DNA of 64,000 nt from assembly GCA_964016885.1 (NCBI GenBank), contig OZ024743.1, positions 369,210,001 through 369,274,000 on the forward strand, written 5' to 3'. Below are positions 61,534-64,000 of the stretch, in pieces. The notes beneath the pieces were generated by a model, which did not search any database, was not told where the DNA came from, and worked only from the letters and a program-made list of their open reading frames with translations. A program made the position numbers and the translations under genes. This stretch comes from Eledone cirrhosa (Eukaryota). The number at the start of each line of letters is the position of its first letter. Within the stretch, counting starts at the first letter, position 1.

Positions 61534-61712
61534 TTTGTAATGTTATTTATACAACTGTGAATTGATTTATTTTATTTTATAACATGGAATAAAAAAGTTT
61601 TGTTCTTTTTTTTTATTTTCTCTCTCTCGTTGACTTAGTTATAAATTATTAAGTTATAAATTAGTTATAAATAATCAAGTTATAAATTAAAAATTTACTG
61701 AGAAAAAATGGT

Positions 61713-62190
61713 GAAAATAGTATTTTTGATCAAAGAAAATAGTATTTTTGATCAAAGAAAATAGTATTTTTGATCAAAGAAAATAGTATTTTTGGTCAGG
61801 GAAATAGTAATTTTGATCAAAGAAATAGTATTTTTTGGTCCAAGAAAATAGTATTTTTGATCAAAGAAAATAGTATTTTTGATCAAAGAAAATAGTATTT
61901 TTGATCAAAGAAAATAGTATTTTTGATCAAAGAAAATAGTATTTTTGATCAAAGAAAATAGTATTTTTGGTCAAAGGAAATAGTAATTTTGGTCCAAGAA
62001 AATAGTATTTTTTGGTCCAAGAAAATAGTATTTTTTGGTCCAAGAAAATAGTATTTTTTGGTCCAAGAAAATAGTATTTTTTGGTCCAAGAAAATAGTAT
62101 TTTTTGGTCCAAGAAAATAGTATTTTTGGTTAAGGAAATAGTATTTTTGATCAAAGAAAATAGTATTTTTTGGTCCAAGAAAATAGTTTC
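61713..62190. repeat. 22-23-bp minisatellite, ~21 copies
   Basis: Unit gaaaatagtattttt(t)g(a/g)tc(a/c)aa. Confidence 0.95.
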
Positions 62191-62327
62191 AATAAAAAAG
62201 CAGGATTTGTTTGCAGCTGTGACAGCATTGGGAGGAAATTGTGCTGGAGTTTTAGACTTATTTATTCTAGCATATCGTTTTGTGAAAATAATGAATGCTG
62301 TCTAAACACAAATTCACAGATCTGAAG

Positions 62328-62752
62328 TTTAACTCTTTTTAGTTCAAACCACCTGAAACTGCCCCTGGTTCTATTCCATCAAACTTTATTTTAATGTGTT
62401 TACATTTATCTAAAAATTACTTCCACTATACTATTATGTAAGAACCTTTGTTAAGTTATGTTCCAAACACCACCTAAATAATATTATTTTCAAAATGATT
62501 TGAAAATTATATGCATTTTTTTTTTATTAGAAATATGGTAACAAAAGTTTTAAAATGTTTATATTTATCTAAAAGTCTTCTGTTATTGTTTTATGTAAGA
62601 ATGTTTTTTAAATTATGCTCCAAAACACCAACTTAATAATAAGAGTTAATTAATTATATTACTAATTCTTTCCAAATAGTTGATTATTTTCAAAATGATT
62701 TGAAAATCACAGACATTGTCTTTCATTAGGAATATGGCAGCAAAAGGGCTAA
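62328..62752. mobile_element. piggyBac-like MITE remnant with internal duplication
   Basis: Starts ttaactctttt and ends aaaagggctaa; 62395-62553 is repeated at 62555-62750. Confidence 0.45.
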
Positions 62753-62989
62753 GAATTTTAATTTTCAAGCAACAAGTAGCAGTATACATTCCTGAAAAGT
62801 AGTTTAATCTGTTACTGGCAAGAAGCTACAGGTTTATAGAGAGTAAATATCGTGTCATAATATTTATAATAAAAAAATTATATTTACCCCCCCCCCCCCC
62901 CTCCACACACACCACCAAAAATAAAGGTAAAGGTGGAAAGAGAAATGAGAATTAAGCAATGAAAGAGAGAGGGAAGGGAAGGACAGATT

Positions 62990-63085
62990 CTACACCTTAG
63001 TCTGACAGAATTGCAAAAGCATTGTCACAGAAAATGGCCAGCAATATTTGTTGCAATGGGGCTCCTTCCTCAGGAGGCTGCTTTC
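62990..63085 (-). mobile_element. CRE-like 3' end fragment
   Basis: LQQILLAIFCDNAFAILSD. Confidence 0.55.
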
Positions 63086-63777
63086 TGATTTTCTGGCAAT
63101 TTTGATGTGTGTGTGTGTCTGTGTTATCTTTGTTGATAACACCCACACACATATATGCATATATATATATATATATATATACAAATATAAATTTAGCGAG
63201 AATCGCATTTCGGCGGGTAGAAATTGGCGAAACGCAACATCTGTATTGTGCAGACAAGCGCTCCATGGATATGAAGATACCAGAGCTATAAACATAAGTT
63301 AAAATGGTCATACAAACTGAGACAATGGTTAAGAAGCCATTAACCACCTTAGCCAAAAAAGCGAACAAGCTAAACGGGTCAAACAAAGTAACATATGATT
63401 GAAATAGTTACCCGGACCCTCGGGGAAGATGGAATACTCCGATATTTGGGTTTCTGCAACACCTAAATCAATAATACTGTCTGCTTATAAAAAATAAGCT
63501 TTTGGTATAATGATCAAACAAGGCATCGCTTTCTCAACAGGCATTTTGCTCTTCGTGCGCCAGAATCTCACAGGTTATGAAACCACTATTTTGGCCATTG
63601 AATTCAGCATGTGTAGCTATTGCAAAAATTTGCAAAAACAGCACAAAACGAATTTAGCTCTCGACCGAGTTGTTTTTAAAATAAACTTAAGCGATTAATC
63701 AGTCAATAGAGTTAACTAAAAAGCCAAAGAAAATTAACTGGTTAATATATATTGACGTACATTGGAGTAAAACCCAC

Positions 63778-64000
63778 ATCTTTGGTTATCCAGACCACAC
63801 TGCTACCATTACATCAACACATCACCCATCTCTTTCCATTCAAATTAGAAGTTATATTCATAGCAAGTATAATGACAAGCAAGTGAAGTGAAGTGAAGTT
63901 TGAAGTTTAGTAGAAATAGAAGCTTTCTCTGTATTTTTGACTAAAGGGATGGGTGATGTGTTGGTGTAATGGTAGCATAATGGCCTAGGTAACCAAAGAT
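63778..64000. repeat. Inverted repeat (MITE-like or foldback), possibly cut by the window edge
   Basis: atctttggttatccagacca...acacatcacccatctcttt versus aaagggatgggtgatgtgt...tggcctaggtaaccaaagat. Confidence 0.75.

Noticed and set aside
63180-63770. CpG-containing island, possibly a DNA transposon end
   Set aside because: No TIR pair, recognisable ORF or second copy in the window, so it cannot be classified

Overview
AT-rich, repeat-saturated eukaryotic DNA that looks intronic or intergenic. The SINE repertoire resembles octopus SINEs as I recall them, so the source is probably an octopod cephalopod (inference). I see no intact protein-coding gene, rRNA, true tRNA or CRISPR array. Most of the window is decayed mobile DNA: at least four RTE-clade LINE families, CRE-like and R4/Dong-like RLE retroelement fragments, a Penelope-like element (RT + GIY-YIG), an internally deleted Helitron with both termini, tRNA-derived SINEs (several with target-site duplications), DNA-transposon remnants, and micro- and minisatellites. 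The most striking signal is not in the ORF track. Several short, ORF-less foldback units sit at (AT)n tracts with the layout microsatellite - arm - loop - inverted arm - unique tail, and they carry type I hammerhead ribozyme motifs with palindromic stem III. The best example (39958-40314) has intact hammerhead cores on both strands. About a dozen full or degenerate hammerhead motifs from several unrelated sequence families occur in the window, and two families share a conserved long stem II insertion. A possible terminal exon for an 8-cysteine CSalpha-beta/macin-like peptide (5743-5921) also lies outside the ORF track. All calls were made by eye, and the boundaries of decayed repeats are approximate.
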